DNA of 64,000 bases from Bacteroidota bacterium (GCA_037138335.1 JBAXIO010000005.1:93088-157087), one strand, 5' to 3'; counted from the stretch's first letter, positions 46,620 to 56,971 are shown. Notes: generated by a model not told the origin, from the letters alone. Numbers and translations are program-made.

Positions 46620-48641
46620 TCAAACTTCCGGAAGTGCCTTTCTTAAAGATACAAGCTCATCACGCAATCTTGCAGCTTCAAGAAAATCAAGCTGTTTGAC
46701 AGCTTCTTCCATTGCCTTAGCTGTCTCCCTGATTAATTTTTGAATTTTGTCTTTGGGAAGATAGGCAATTAAGGGATCTGCAGCATTGTCAAGATTTTCT
46801 TTCTCAATGTATGGACGGCCTTTGCCGGAAATTCCTTCATCTATACTCCTGGCATCGAAAACATTTCTCATATCCTTGGTGATCTGCATGGGAGTAATGT
46901 TGTATTTCGCGTTGTAGGCTGATTGTTTTTCCCTTCTCCTGTTGGCTTCCGACATCATCCTTTTCATGGATTCGGTGATCTTGTCTGCATACAGGATCAC
47001 CCTGCTGTTGACATTCCTTGCCGCTCTCCCGGCTGTTTGGGTCAGGCTGCGTTCCGACCTGAGAAATCCTTCTTTGTCAGCATCCAGGATCGCTACAAGC
47101 GAGACTTCCGGAAGGTCCAGCCCTTCTCTCAGAAGGTTGACTCCGACAATGACATCAATCGTGCCGGTCCTGAGGTCATTGAGTATATCCACACGGTCCA
47201 TGGTGACTACGTCAGAATGGATATACCTTGATTTAATGTTAAGTTTTACAAAATACTTGTTTAACTCTTCGGCCATTCTTTTGGTAAGGGTTGTCACGAG
47301 CACTCTTTCGTTGATGATAACCCGCTGATTTATCTCATCCAGAAGGTCATCGATCTGGTTCATGCTCGGCCTTACTTCAACCAGTGGATCAAGAAGCCCG
47401 GTCGGGCGGATGAGCTGTTCCACCACGACGCCTTCCGACTTCTGAAGTTCGAAATCTGCAGGGGTAGCACTTACAAAGACCGTCTGGCCTACAATTGCTT
47501 CGAATTCATCAAACTTAAGGGGACGGTTGTCCATTGCAGACGGCAGCCTGAAACCGTATTCAACAAGAGTTTGTTTGCGGGAACGGTCGCCTCCGTACAT
47601 TGCCCTGATCTGCGGCACTGTAACGTGGCTTTCGTCAATGACCATCAGGAAATCATCGGGAAAATAATCGAGGAGGCAGAACGGCCTTGACCCCGGAGCC
47701 CTGCCGTCAAAGTACCTGGAGTAATTCTCTATACCTGAACAATAGCCAAGTTCCCTCATCATTTCCATGTCATATGTGACCCGGTCTTCAAGTCTTTTTG
47801 CTTCGAGGGCTTTTCCGTCATTCCTGAAATAATCGGTCTGACGGAATAGATCATCCTGTATCTCTGTCAGGGCTTCCTTCATCTTATCCTGGGAAGTGAC
47901 AAAGATGTTGGCCGGGTAAACCTGGATAAATTCCAGGGGTTCTATCATCCGCCCCGAAACAGGGTCAAAAGATTCAAGTTTTTCAATCTCGTCCCCCCAG
48001 AAAATGATACGGTAAGCAATATCCAGGTATGCAGGAAAAACATCTACAACATCACCTTTCACCCTGAATTTTCCCCTGGTGAATTCCGCTTCAGTTCTTG
48101 AATAAAGGCTGTTTACAAAGCTCATTAGAAGGGTGTTCCTGCTTATAACATCCCCCAGTTTAAGTTTCACAATATTACCGGCAAAATCATCAGGGTTCCC
48201 GATCCCGTAGATGCAGGAGACTGACGAAATTACGATAACGTCGCGCCTGCCGGAAAGGAGGGCCGAAGATGCGCTCAGCCGTAGTTTTTCAATTTCCTCG
48301 TTGATGGAAAGGTCTTTCTCGATATAAGTGTTTGTTACAGGCAAATAGGCTTCGGGCTGATAATAATCATAATAGGAAACAAAAAACTCGACTGCGTTTT
48401 CAGGGAAGAACTCACGAAATTCCCCGTACAGCTGGGCGGCAAGAGTTTTATTATGGCTTAGCACAAGTGTGGGCCGTTGAATGCGTTCTATCACGTTCGC
48501 GATAGTGAAGGTTTTCCCTGAGCCGGTCACTCCCGCCAGCACCTGGGCCTGGTCACCCCGTTTGAGCCCTTCAACAAGTTCCCTTATTGCTTCAGGCTGG
48601 TCGCCGGTAGGCACAAAATCGGTCGTTAAACGGAACTCCAT
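46620..48641 (-). CDS. uvrB: Excinuclease ABC subunit B
   Basis: FVPTGDQPEAI, Walker A GVTGSGKTFT, VIDESHVT, helicase motif VI TAGRAARN, C-terminal UVR motif LDFLEAARLRDEL. Start set to ATG 48641 (MEFRL) rather than the track TTG. Confidence 0.95.
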   Translation of the reverse strand: MEFRLTTDFVPTGDQPEAIRELVEGLKRGDQAQVLAGVTGSGKTFTIANVIERIQRPTLVLSHNKTLAAQLYGEFREFFPENAVEFFVSYYDYYQPEAYLPVTNTYIEKDLSINEEIEKLRLSASSALLSGRRDVIVISSVSCIYGIGNPDDFAGNIVKLKLGDVISRNTLLMSFVNSLYSRTEAEFTRGKFRVKGDVVDVFPAYLDIAYRIIFWGDEIEKLESFDPVSGRMIEPLEFIQVYPANIFVTSQDKMKEALTEIQDDLFRQTDYFRNDGKALEAKRLEDRVTYDMEMMRELGYCSGIENYSRYFDGRAPGSRPFCLLDYFPDDFLMVIDESHVTVPQIRAMYGGDRSRKQTLVEYGFRLPSAMDNRPLKFDEFEAIVGQTVFVSATPADFELQKSEGVVVEQLIRPTGLLDPLVEVRPSMNQIDDLLDEINQRVIINERVLVTTLTKRMAEELNKYFVKLNIKSRYIHSDVVTMDRVDILNDLRTGTIDVIVGVNLLREGLDLPEVSLVAILDADKEGFLRSERSLTQTAGRAARNVNSRVILYADKITESMKRMMSEANRRREKQSAYNAKYNITPMQITKDMRNVFDARSIDEGISGKGRPYIEKENLDNAADPLIAYLPKDKIQKLIRETAKAMEEAVKQLDFLEAARLRDELVSLRKALPEV

Positions 48642-48643
48642 AC

Positions 48644-49780
48644 TCAATGCTTAAATGTAAACGTCGAAATAACAGGGTAGTGGTCCGACATGCTCACTTC
48701 CTTCTTCTGATAAGAGGTGGCTGTAAAAAAATCATCATACAGCATGTAGTCGATGCGGAAAGCAGGGAAGCGCCCGCCTGCATAGGTACTGCCTATCCAT
48801 TCATTCCCTGAACTGACGAATGCGTCATTCCTGTTCAGGGATAAGGTATGGTAAGCAAAAGAAGAGGGAGTATCATTAAAATCTCCGCAGATCAGCACCG
48901 GGTAAGGGCTGTATTTCATATGTGCAGTAAGCATCTCGACCTGCATAGCCCTCAGGGCGAAGGCCTTCTTCAGTTTCCATAACATCTTCCTGGAACCTTT
49001 GGCGAAATTCTTTTCATCAGCCCCCGGGTCGGTCAGATTTGAATAAAAGGAATAATCATCATTCCCGAGACGGATTGATTCAAGGTGAAGGTTGTATACC
49101 CTGATCGTATCACCATGTATTGCGATATCGGTAAAAATCCCAAAAGTGCTCTTTTCCTGCAGCCTGAAAAATCCCTGGTCCACAATCGGGTACCTTGAAA
49201 ATGTGGCTATTGCATTAATTTTCGTCTTCTGCCAGAAATCCCTGTAGTTTTTAAAGAAGAAATACTCAAGGCGGATGGACCGGGAGAATTTGTGCAGGGT
49301 TTTCAGGTACTCTTCACCTATGGCGTAAAACTCCTGCACACATACAAGGTCAGGGTTCTCCCCGGCAAGAAAATCAGTTACCTGGCTCCTTGTTTCGGGC
49401 TGTACATTATCAGCCTGGTTACCATAAAGGCTGTGAACATTATATGTAGCCACCTTGAAAGCTGCGGGGCTGGCGGGTTTTATGGAACCAAACCGAAGCG
49501 GAATGATCGTTCTCAGGTTTCCAATCCCTACAAAAATTGTCAGCAGTGAAATAAAAATGAACCTGTTCCACAGGATAAGCCAGATGACAACAAACAGCAG
49601 GTTAATGATCAGGAGGACAGGGTAGGCTATGCCGAAGAAGGCAAAGGGCCAGAAGGTTAAGGGGCTTATATAGGCTGCAGCATAGGAACATAACAGTGAT
49701 GCTGCAGCAAAATAATTAAAAAGCAGGAATAAAGCTTTCGCCCACTGCCTTTTTTTGCCTGTTTTGTTTACTTTCCCCAT
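48644..49780 (-). CDS. Membrane-anchored endonuclease/exonuclease/phosphatase (EEP) family protein
   Basis: Three N-terminal TM helices, then EEP motifs VATYNVHS, DLVCVQE, LICGDFND, SDHYPV. Start trimmed to MGKVNK to avoid overlapping the upstream rhomboid gene. Confidence 0.7.
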   Translation of the reverse strand: MGKVNKTGKKRQWAKALFLLFNYFAAASLLCSYAAAYISPLTFWPFAFFGIAYPVLLIINLLFVVIWLILWNRFIFISLLTIFVGIGNLRTIIPLRFGSIKPASPAAFKVATYNVHSLYGNQADNVQPETRSQVTDFLAGENPDLVCVQEFYAIGEEYLKTLHKFSRSIRLEYFFFKNYRDFWQKTKINAIATFSRYPIVDQGFFRLQEKSTFGIFTDIAIHGDTIRVYNLHLESIRLGNDDYSFYSNLTDPGADEKNFAKGSRKMLWKLKKAFALRAMQVEMLTAHMKYSPYPVLICGDFNDTPSSFAYHTLSLNRNDAFVSSGNEWIGSTYAGGRFPAFRIDYMLYDDFFTATSYQKKEVSMSDHYPVISTFTFKH

Positions 49781-49784
49781 ATAT

Positions 49785-50699
49785 TCAACGTTTGCCCGAC
49801 GAACGGAACAGGAAATCTTTCTCATCCCGAGTCAGGCTGTCATAGCCACCCTTTGATATTTTATCGAGAATGCGGTCCATGCGTTTTTGTTTTTCAGCTT
49901 TTTGCAGGTTGTATTCTTCGTCGCTTACCGCACGGGTGCCGGTATAATTTATACTGGCTTTCATGGTCTTTTTCCTGAAAAACCCTGTCCACCACTTAAA
50001 CCCGCCCGGCGGGAGGTTGCCTGCAAGCCCTGATAACTGGATGTAAAGAAACCCAAAAAGGGCACCGCCGATGTGCGCAATATGGCCCCCGGCATTTCCT
50101 GCGGGGATCATAAAGAAGTCGAATATAAACAAAGCAATTGCAAGGTAAAGAATCCGTATCCTTCCAAAGAATAGCAGGTTGACTGAATAATTTGGCACCT
50201 TGAATGAAATAGCGGTGACAATAGCCATCACTGAGGCAGAAGCGCCAAGTGCATAAGAGATCGGCAGGGATGGTGCAAAAACGGGAAAAATATTAAATGC
50301 AAGAATATATACCAGGGCTCCCGAGATGCCTCCCAGGAAATATACTACAAGCAGTTTCCTGCTGCCAAGATATTCCTGGAATATCTTGCCGAACCAAAAG
50401 AACGGCAACATGTTGAAAAGGATATGTGACAGATCGATATGCAGGAACATATACGTCACGATAGTCCAGGGTTTATTGATCAGCAACGGAACCGAAGCCG
50501 GAACCCCGAAGATCCTGATAATGGAAGTTGTGGCTAAGGCCGCATCGGGCTGGTTATATAAAAAGAAAATAATCCTGAAAACCTGCACTAGCAACCATAC
50601 TGCAACATTGACTATGATCAGGTTGGCCAGTACAGACCCTTCCCTGAAAAACCTTTTCAGATTGTCACCTGGATTCGGATTTGCGGAATAGGGGTTCAT
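49785..50699 (-). CDS. Rhomboid-family intramembrane serine protease with a C-terminal soluble extension
   Basis: HIDLSHILFNM, GASASVMA (GxSx), HIAHIGGALFG (catalytic His context), plus a roughly 80-aa charged tail. Confidence 0.8.
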   Translation of the reverse strand: MNPYSANPNPGDNLKRFFREGSVLANLIIVNVAVWLLVQVFRIIFFLYNQPDAALATTSIIRIFGVPASVPLLINKPWTIVTYMFLHIDLSHILFNMLPFFWFGKIFQEYLGSRKLLVVYFLGGISGALVYILAFNIFPVFAPSLPISYALGASASVMAIVTAISFKVPNYSVNLLFFGRIRILYLAIALFIFDFFMIPAGNAGGHIAHIGGALFGFLYIQLSGLAGNLPPGGFKWWTGFFRKKTMKASINYTGTRAVSDEEYNLQKAEKQKRMDRILDKISKGGYDSLTRDEKDFLFRSSGKR

Positions 50700-50702
50700 C
50701 GA

Positions 50703-51533
50703 TTAAAATTTTGCTTTTCGTTTCCAGTACAAGATCATGAAAAATCCGAATATCATGCCCCCCAGATGTGCAAAATGCGCGATATTGTCGGAAGGATTAT
50801 TGGAAATCCCGAGGTAAACTTCCCATGCCCCATAGGCGATTACCAGCCATTTTGCCTTGATAGGGAATAAAAAGTAAATAAAGACCAGCATATTCGGGAA
50901 CATCATCCCGAATGCGAGCAGGATGCCAAAAACCGCCCCGGAAGCTCCAATGGTTGAAATGTCCATTTGCTGTTTGATAAGGTCATAGATATAAACAACA
51001 GATTGCCGCTGGTAATGTACATCGCTCAATGAATTCTGCCATTGGGCAAGAAGGGCGTTCATCTGGTCGAGAATTTCCTGGCTCCTCGGCGGGCATGATT
51101 TAACAAAGGCTACAAAAGCATCAGGGGAAGGTGCCGACGAATAGGCAAGGGCAGCAGCTTCATATCCTGAGAAATGCCAGTAATTGACAGCTGTCTGGAT
51201 AATTCCGGCCCCTATACCTGTAACCAGGTAATATGTAAGGAACCTCTTGGGCCCCCATACATTTTCAAGCAGGTAGCCGAACATCCACAAGGCAAACATA
51301 TTCCAGAGGATATGCTGGAAGGATGCATGAAAAAACATATAAGTCACAAACTGGTAAATTCTGAAGAGGTCCGACTTGAAATAATGAAGCCCGAAAAGAT
51401 TTGTCAGGTCGATCCTGAATGTGCTTTCAAGCGATAAGGTAGCAACATAGCAGATAAGGTTTATGATCAATAGATTTTTTACAACAGTGGGGAGAAGTTT
51501 GAATCCGGTAAGACTATATCGATCGTAACTCAT
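50703..51533 (-). CDS. Rhomboid-family intramembrane serine protease
   Basis: FHASFQHILWNM, GASGAVFGIL (GxSG), HFAHLGGMIFG. Confidence 0.85.
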   Translation of the reverse strand: MSYDRYSLTGFKLLPTVVKNLLIINLICYVATLSLESTFRIDLTNLFGLHYFKSDLFRIYQFVTYMFFHASFQHILWNMFALWMFGYLLENVWGPKRFLTYYLVTGIGAGIIQTAVNYWHFSGYEAAALAYSSAPSPDAFVAFVKSCPPRSQEILDQMNALLAQWQNSLSDVHYQRQSVVYIYDLIKQQMDISTIGASGAVFGILLAFGMMFPNMLVFIYFLFPIKAKWLVIAYGAWEVYLGISNNPSDNIAHFAHLGGMIFGFFMILYWKRKAKF

Positions 51534-51542
51534 AGAGGGCTG

Positions 51543-53402
51543 TTAAGTTTTAAACTTTTTAGAAAGTTCATCGAATGAAAGAACGAAAAAAGCAGGCTTT
51601 CCGTATGGAGACAAATCCGGGATTTTACAGGAAAACAGTTTTTGGCTGATCGATTCCATTTCTTCCTGTTTAAGGGATTTTCCACGTTTGATGGCAAGGG
51701 TCCTGGCCATAGTCTTCGCTATCACCTGTTTTTTTTCTGCATTTTTTCCCGGCAGTTCATTCTTGATCGCTTCGAGGACCTGTTCAACGGCCCCGTGAAA
51801 ATCAGTATGACCAAGGTCGTGGGGAACAGAATGAAGAACAAAATCGTTATTCCCGAATTCAGATATTTCAAACCCGAGGGTGTTAAAATCTTCCAGGAGG
51901 CCGGTAAGCAGAAGTGCATTGCCGGGAGAAAAGTTGAGGGTTTCAGGCATGATCCCCGACCTTGGTGAAGGACCGCCTTCACCTTCTTCAAGCATTTCCT
52001 CAAATAAAATTCTCTCGTGCGCAGCCTGCTGGTCAATAACAAGCAGACCGCCGGCGGTTTCAGTCACAATATATGAGTTGGCAACCTGAAACAGGGGATG
52101 GGAGGAATCAGCAGGTCCGAGGTCAAGCCGAAGGTCCCTGTTTTCATTGGGTTCATCAGGAAGACCCTCAAAAGGGCCGGAAAAAACAGATGTAGCCTGA
52201 TTGCCCGCTGCCCTGGAATTATCCTGCCAGACGTTGCCTGAAGTGGGCCTGCGGGTATCATCGAACCTCAGGCTCGGTTGAAATTCCTGTTTTTTTTCAA
52301 AAGGGTTATAATCAGGGTTAACAGTGATCTGGGGAGGATGAATAACCTGTCCGGGTTTCAGGGGAGGGATATCCATGCTCTGTTCCTGTTCAAAATCCAG
52401 GACTGTCATGAGATTGAACTTCCCCAGCGATTGCCTCACTGCGGCCTGAAGGATTGCATATATGCTTTTACTATCGGTAAAATTAATCTCCGTTTTCGTC
52501 GGGTGAATGTTGACGTCAATATTAGCCGGATCCAATTCAAGGTAAAGGAAATAGGACGCATAGGAATCTTTGGGGATTAATTCCCTGAATGCCGCTTCAA
52601 CAGCATGATGGAGATACGGGTTTCTTATGAACCTGCCGTTGGCAAAAAAAAACTGTTCCCCCCTGGTCTTTTTTGCGAATTCAGGTTTGCCCACAAAACC
52701 GCTGATGTTTACCATGTTGGTAAGCTGCTCAACCGGGATCAGCCTTTGATTGTAATTCTGGCCAAAGAGTGCAACTATACGCTGCCGCAGGTTGGCAGAA
52801 GGAAGCTGATACATTACTTTGTCCTGGTGGTACATCGTGAAAGCGATATCGGGGTGGACCAGGGCGACACGGGTAAACTCGTCAAGTATAAATTTAAGCT
52901 CCGATGTGTTTGATTTCAGGAAATTTCTTCGCGCAGGAACGTTATAAAACAGGTTCTTGACCGAGATGCTGGTTCCGTTGGGAGTGTTATACGGACCGTG
53001 GTTTCTGACCTCCGACCCTTCGATAATCAGCTGGGTCCCGATTTCATCTTCGGCTTTCTTAGTCCTCAGTTCAACATGGGAAACTGAAGCAATGGAAGCA
53101 AGGGCTTCTCCCCGAAAACCGAGTGTGCGGATTGAAAACAGGTCATGGGCTGTCTGTATCTTGGAAGTTGCATGCCTTTCAAAACACATCCTGGCATCTC
53201 TTTCCGACATGCCGCAGCCATTATCAATAACCTGGATCAGTGCCCTGCCGGCTTCCTTTATTACAAGCTTGACTTCTGTTGCGCCTGCGTCAATAGTATT
53301 TTCAAGCAGTTCCTTGACAGCTGAGGCCGGTCGCTGCACGACCTCACCGGCAGCTATCTGGTTCGCGACTGATTCGGGAAGCATCCTGATAATATCCGAC
53401 AT
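51543..53402 (-). CDS. mutL: DNA mismatch repair protein MutL
   Basis: IAAGEVVQRPASAVKELLENTIDAGA, DNGCGM, LGFRGEALASI. Start moved to MSDIIRMLPE (ATG 53402). Confidence 0.95.
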   Translation of the reverse strand: MSDIIRMLPESVANQIAAGEVVQRPASAVKELLENTIDAGATEVKLVIKEAGRALIQVIDNGCGMSERDARMCFERHATSKIQTAHDLFSIRTLGFRGEALASIASVSHVELRTKKAEDEIGTQLIIEGSEVRNHGPYNTPNGTSISVKNLFYNVPARRNFLKSNTSELKFILDEFTRVALVHPDIAFTMYHQDKVMYQLPSANLRQRIVALFGQNYNQRLIPVEQLTNMVNISGFVGKPEFAKKTRGEQFFFANGRFIRNPYLHHAVEAAFRELIPKDSYASYFLYLELDPANIDVNIHPTKTEINFTDSKSIYAILQAAVRQSLGKFNLMTVLDFEQEQSMDIPPLKPGQVIHPPQITVNPDYNPFEKKQEFQPSLRFDDTRRPTSGNVWQDNSRAAGNQATSVFSGPFEGLPDEPNENRDLRLDLGPADSSHPLFQVANSYIVTETAGGLLVIDQQAAHERILFEEMLEEGEGGPSPRSGIMPETLNFSPGNALLLTGLLEDFNTLGFEISEFGNNDFVLHSVPHDLGHTDFHGAVEQVLEAIKNELPGKNAEKKQVIAKTMARTLAIKRGKSLKQEEMESISQKLFSCKIPDLSPYGKPAFFVLSFDELSKKFKT

Positions 53403-53519
53403 ACGCTGATCCTGTATATTTCCTGTAATAGGTGGCACTTGCAAAAATACCATTTTTTCCCAGCCGGAATTCCGATTTCAGGGAGAAAGAGTACCTTTGG
53501 AATAGATAATTATTAACAT

Positions 53520-53900
53520 ATGAATGACAGTGATGCCAAATTAAAAAATCTCATTGTTGTAGGGGACAGGGTTTTGATAAAACCCAAAAAGATATTCAAC
53601 AAGACCAAAGCTGGTTTGTTTCTTCCGCCTGGTTACCAGGAGAAAGAAGAAATCCAAACGGGTTTTGTCGTGAAAATCGGCCCCGGGTATCCTATTCCGC
53701 TTTTATCAGATGATTTCAATGAAAGCTGGAAAAAGAATGAAGAAAAAATAAAATATATCCCGCTTCAGGCAAAAGAAGGGGATTTGGCAATATTCCTCCA
53801 AAAAGGGGCCATTGAAATAATTTTCAATGACGAAAAATATTTTATTGTGCCTCAGAATTCCATACTGCTCCTCGAAAGGGAGGAGCAGATGTTTGATTAG
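53520..53900 (+). CDS. GroES/Cpn10-like co-chaperonin family protein (stand-alone, extended)
   Basis: VGDRVLIKPKK...TKAGLFLP...QTGFVVKIGPG...EGDLAIF pattern of the Cpn10 fold. 126 aa, with no adjacent groEL. Confidence 0.55.
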   Translation: MNDSDAKLKNLIVVGDRVLIKPKKIFNKTKAGLFLPPGYQEKEEIQTGFVVKIGPGYPIPLLSDDFNESWKKNEEKIKYIPLQAKEGDLAIFLQKGAIEIIFNDEKYFIVPQNSILLLEREEQMFD

Positions 53901-54457
53901 AACCTTGACCTGTCCAGGACAGGAAACCTCATCTGTACAAGATAGAAGGCTCCATAAAATACGGCGCTGAAAAACGTTGTCCCCAGGATATCATTCACGA
54001 AGAATGAGAACCCGTTAGTTGTATCCCTGAAAAATACCAGGCCTGCAATATAACATTCCATCAGGCCCATAAAATTTTTAGGATACAACCCCATGGCAAG
54101 CCATGAAGAGAAGTTGGTGATCAGGAAAAAGATTATAGCGGATGCAATTGAAGCTGTAAAAACTGATCCAACCGTAACTTTTTTCCGGATAGCCATACCC
54201 AGAACAACCGTAATGGCAAAACTCAGATATACGGCAGGCATGTTTGCGTGAAGACCGATAATGAGGTCGCTGATGAACATCGCGGCGACCGGAATGGCGA
54301 AAGCAAACTGCTTTCTGTCAAAATAGGTACCTGCAAACAAAGCCATAGCCGCTATCGGCGTAAAGTTCGGCCAATGCGGGAGCAACCGTAACAGGGCTGC
54401 AGCAAGAATTACTGAAAAAACAACAATAAACCTAGGTGTAATAGATTTATATAGCAT
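53897..54457 (-). CDS. Multi-pass membrane protein (resembles the DUF6580 putative transporter family)
   Basis: Five to six TM helices. LRLLPHWPNFTPIAAMALFAG resembles the family N-terminal signature as I recall it. Confidence 0.45.
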   Translation of the reverse strand: MLYKSITPRFIVVFSVILAAALLRLLPHWPNFTPIAAMALFAGTYFDRKQFAFAIPVAAMFISDLIIGLHANMPAVYLSFAITVVLGMAIRKKVTVGSVFTASIASAIIFFLITNFSSWLAMGLYPKNFMGLMECYIAGLVFFRDTTNGFSFFVNDILGTTFFSAVFYGAFYLVQMRFPVLDRSRF

Positions 54458-54480
54458 TAATATATCGTGTTAATATCTTA

Positions 54481-54488
54481 CAAAAATA
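54481..54488 (-). promoter_or_regulatory. Candidate -7 box TATTTTTG for the membrane-protein gene
   Basis: Minus-strand exact TAnnTTTG match, 23 nt upstream of the ATG at 54457. Confidence 0.3.
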
Positions 54489-54533
54489 TAAAATCATTTG
54501 TATTAAAGTCAAGTTTTCGTGAAAATTGTTTCC

Positions 54534-54541
54534 TACTTTTG
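54534..54541 (+). promoter_or_regulatory. Candidate -7 box TACTTTTG for the amidohydrolase gene
   Basis: Exact TAnnTTTG match, 31 nt upstream of the ATG at 54573. Confidence 0.3.
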
Positions 54542-54572
54542 AATACTCTGATCAAATTCAGCTAATTGGCCC

Positions 54573-56222
54573 ATGAATAAAAAGTTGTTAACACTGAGTT
54601 TAACTCTGCTTTTTCTGCTTAATTCCTGTAACCTGATGAAAACCAAGACCGATTTGATCGTTTATCATGCGAAGATTTACACCGTTGATAAGGTTCTCAC
54701 CGTGGTTGAGGCAATGGCTGTAAATAACGGGAAGATCATTGCCACAGGTTCTACACGGGATATCCTGGAGAAATATAAATCTGAAAGAAAGCTTGACGCA
54801 GGGGGGAAGCCGGTATACCCCGGATTTATTGATGCCCATTGCCATTTTTACGGATATGCACTGAATTTCAGGTATATAGTCTTAAATGACTGCAAGTCCT
54901 TTGACGATATCATCATCCGCATTCAGCAATCGGGGAAATACAGTCCCAGGGACTGGATCGTTGGAAGAGGATGGGATCATAATCTGTGGAAGGAAAAGAA
55001 ATTCCCTGACCGCAGGAAACTGGATGAATTATATCCCGGGAACCCGGTAGTGCTAACCCGGATCGATGGCCATGTTGTCCTTGCAAATAATATGGCCTTA
55101 CAAAAGGCAGGGATAGACCCTGATAATACATTTCAGGCAGGTGAGGTTGAGACCCGTCTTGGGACACTTACAGGGATACTCAGTGAAAATGCAGCAGATC
55201 AAATGCGGAATGCCATCCCAAAACCCGGGCCCGGCATGCTCCTGGGCCTGCTTGCGAGAGCCGGGGAAAACTGTTTTGCCGCCGGGCTGACGACAGTTTG
55301 CGATGCAGGCCTTGACGCCGAAACTGCCGGGCTGCTGTGCGACTTATCCTCCGGGCCTGATTCTTCCCGGATGATCCGTGTTTATGCAATGCTTTCCCCC
55401 AGCGGTGAGAATATCAAACAGTTTATACTGAAAGGGCCTTATAAAAATTCACGCATTCGTATAAATTCGGTTAAAATGTATGCTGATGGCAGCCTGGGAA
55501 GCCGGACGGCCCTCCTTAAGCAAGCTTATTCCGACATGCCAGGCAATCACGGGATACAGGTCGTTTCTGCCGATTCCCTCAGGAAAATCTGCAAACTCTG
55601 CCTTGACTGCGGTTACCAGCTCAATACCCATGCCATTGGTGACTCGGCAAACAACATAGTACTCAGTATTTACGGAGAATACCTGAAAGGGACGAATAAC
55701 CGGAGGTGGAGGATAGAGCATTGCCAGGTTGTGGATCCTGCCGATCTGCATAAGTTCAGGGACTATTCCGTCATCCCGTCGATCCAGGCTACGCATGCCA
55801 CGTCCGACATGGGCTGGGCCAACGACAGGCTGGGCACTGAAAGGATCAGAGGGGCTTATGCATATAAAAGCCTTCTTAAGCAAAATGGGTGGCTTGCCAA
55901 TGGAACTGACTTTCCGATAGAGAACATCTCGCCTTTACTGACCTTTTATGCATCAGTATCACGAAAGGATATGGAAGGTAAACCTGCCGGTGGTTTTCAG
56001 CCTGAAAATGCCCTGAGCAGGGAAGAAGCCCTGAGATCCGTGACAATCTGGGCCGCAAGGGCTGATTTCTGGGAGGATGAAATAGGGAGTATCGAGGTGG
56101 GCAAGAACGCCGATTTCGTAATACTTGACAGGGATATTATGCTGGTTGATGAAAGCGAAATACCAAAAACAAACGTATTGGCAACCTTCGTTGCCGGACT
56201 TGAGATCTACACCCGGAAATAA
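54573..56222 (+). CDS. Amidohydrolase-family (YtcJ-like, Amidohydro_3) metal-dependent hydrolase, lipoprotein
   Basis: Lipobox LLNSC, metal-binding PGFIDAHCHF, downstream HAIGD and IQATHATSD, C-terminal GSIEVGKNADFVILD. Confidence 0.8.
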   Translation: MNKKLLTLSLTLLFLLNSCNLMKTKTDLIVYHAKIYTVDKVLTVVEAMAVNNGKIIATGSTRDILEKYKSERKLDAGGKPVYPGFIDAHCHFYGYALNFRYIVLNDCKSFDDIIIRIQQSGKYSPRDWIVGRGWDHNLWKEKKFPDRRKLDELYPGNPVVLTRIDGHVVLANNMALQKAGIDPDNTFQAGEVETRLGTLTGILSENAADQMRNAIPKPGPGMLLGLLARAGENCFAAGLTTVCDAGLDAETAGLLCDLSSGPDSSRMIRVYAMLSPSGENIKQFILKGPYKNSRIRINSVKMYADGSLGSRTALLKQAYSDMPGNHGIQVVSADSLRKICKLCLDCGYQLNTHAIGDSANNIVLSIYGEYLKGTNNRRWRIEHCQVVDPADLHKFRDYSVIPSIQATHATSDMGWANDRLGTERIRGAYAYKSLLKQNGWLANGTDFPIENISPLLTFYASVSRKDMEGKPAGGFQPENALSREEALRSVTIWAARADFWEDEIGSIEVGKNADFVILDRDIMLVDESEIPKTNVLATFVAGLEIYTRK

Positions 56223-56233
56223 CCCTTACGTGA

Positions 56234-56275
56234 AAAAATAAAGGCTGCAGGAAGTTCCTGCAGCCTTTATTTTTT
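56234..56275. terminator. Bidirectional rho-independent terminator
   Basis: AAAAAATAAA GGCTGCAGG aagtt CCTGCAGCC TTTATTTTTT: 9-bp GC-rich stem with an A-run and a T-run on either side, between convergent genes. Confidence 0.85.
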
Positions 56276-56290
56276 ACAAATCAGTATCCT

Positions 56291-56923
56291 TTATTTCAGT
56301 TCCTTGCAGAAAAATTTCCCAAGTGGCTTTCCAGCCGATTCATAAGCTTCTGATATTCTTAAACCCGTATCATAGGTTTCTTTGCTGACCGGCACACCTC
56401 CGACTGTCATTCGTGAAGTGCTGCCTTTTCCGGTAGATTCAATTGAAGCGATCACTTTATCGGGAGCTTTGGTCTCCACTATGTCGATCACAAGATCAAC
56501 CTGCGATGCCTTTGTCCCTACATAGGCTTCAACGCCCTGCTCCATAAACCTGGTATGAACTACCATAGTGTACGTTGCATCCGTTGCATTTGATTTCAAT
56601 TCAATGCCGCAATCCTCAGCCTTATTATTAAAAGCTTCGGCAAAGGCACCGGGAAAACGATCGGTTTGATCACTCTTCCATTTAACAGCCCATGCATCGC
56701 CTGTCCCTGGTTTCTTATCATTCCTGTCGGCCGTCCCTTTCTTTATGTAATCATCTTCTTTGTCAAATTTTCCAACCTTCATGTTCTGGTAATCAAACTG
56801 AAGATTAATGGTTTTCTGACCTTTCAGTACTGAGAGATTTCCTGATTTGAGTTTCTGTGAAAACAGATTGTTCCCTGCAAAAAGAAAGAAACTCATCATT
56901 AAAAGAATGCTAATTTTTTTCAT
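56291..56923 (-). CDS. Secreted hypothetical protein
   Basis: Signal peptide MKKISILLMMSFFLFAGNNLFSQ. No motif recognised. Confidence 0.5.
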   Translation of the reverse strand: MKKISILLMMSFFLFAGNNLFSQKLKSGNLSVLKGQKTINLQFDYQNMKVGKFDKEDDYIKKGTADRNDKKPGTGDAWAVKWKSDQTDRFPGAFAEAFNNKAEDCGIELKSNATDATYTMVVHTRFMEQGVEAYVGTKASQVDLVIDIVETKAPDKVIASIESTGKGSTSRMTVGGVPVSKETYDTGLRISEAYESAGKPLGKFFCKELK

Positions 56924-56963
56924 ACGTAAAAGGTTTAAATTTTAAATTTTGAAATTAACATGG

Positions 56964-56971
56964 CAAAACTA
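56964..56971 (-). promoter_or_regulatory. Candidate -7 box TAGTTTTG for the secreted hypothetical gene
   Basis: Minus-strand exact TAnnTTTG match, 40 nt upstream of the ATG at 56923. Confidence 0.3.

Noticed and set aside
53897-53900. 4-nt overlap of the 3' ends of the convergent GroES-like and membrane-protein genes, and the similar 1-nt-spaced convergent stops at 23334/23336.
   Set aside because: Tail-to-tail overlaps are common in compact genomes, and no hairpin or other signal is visible at either site.
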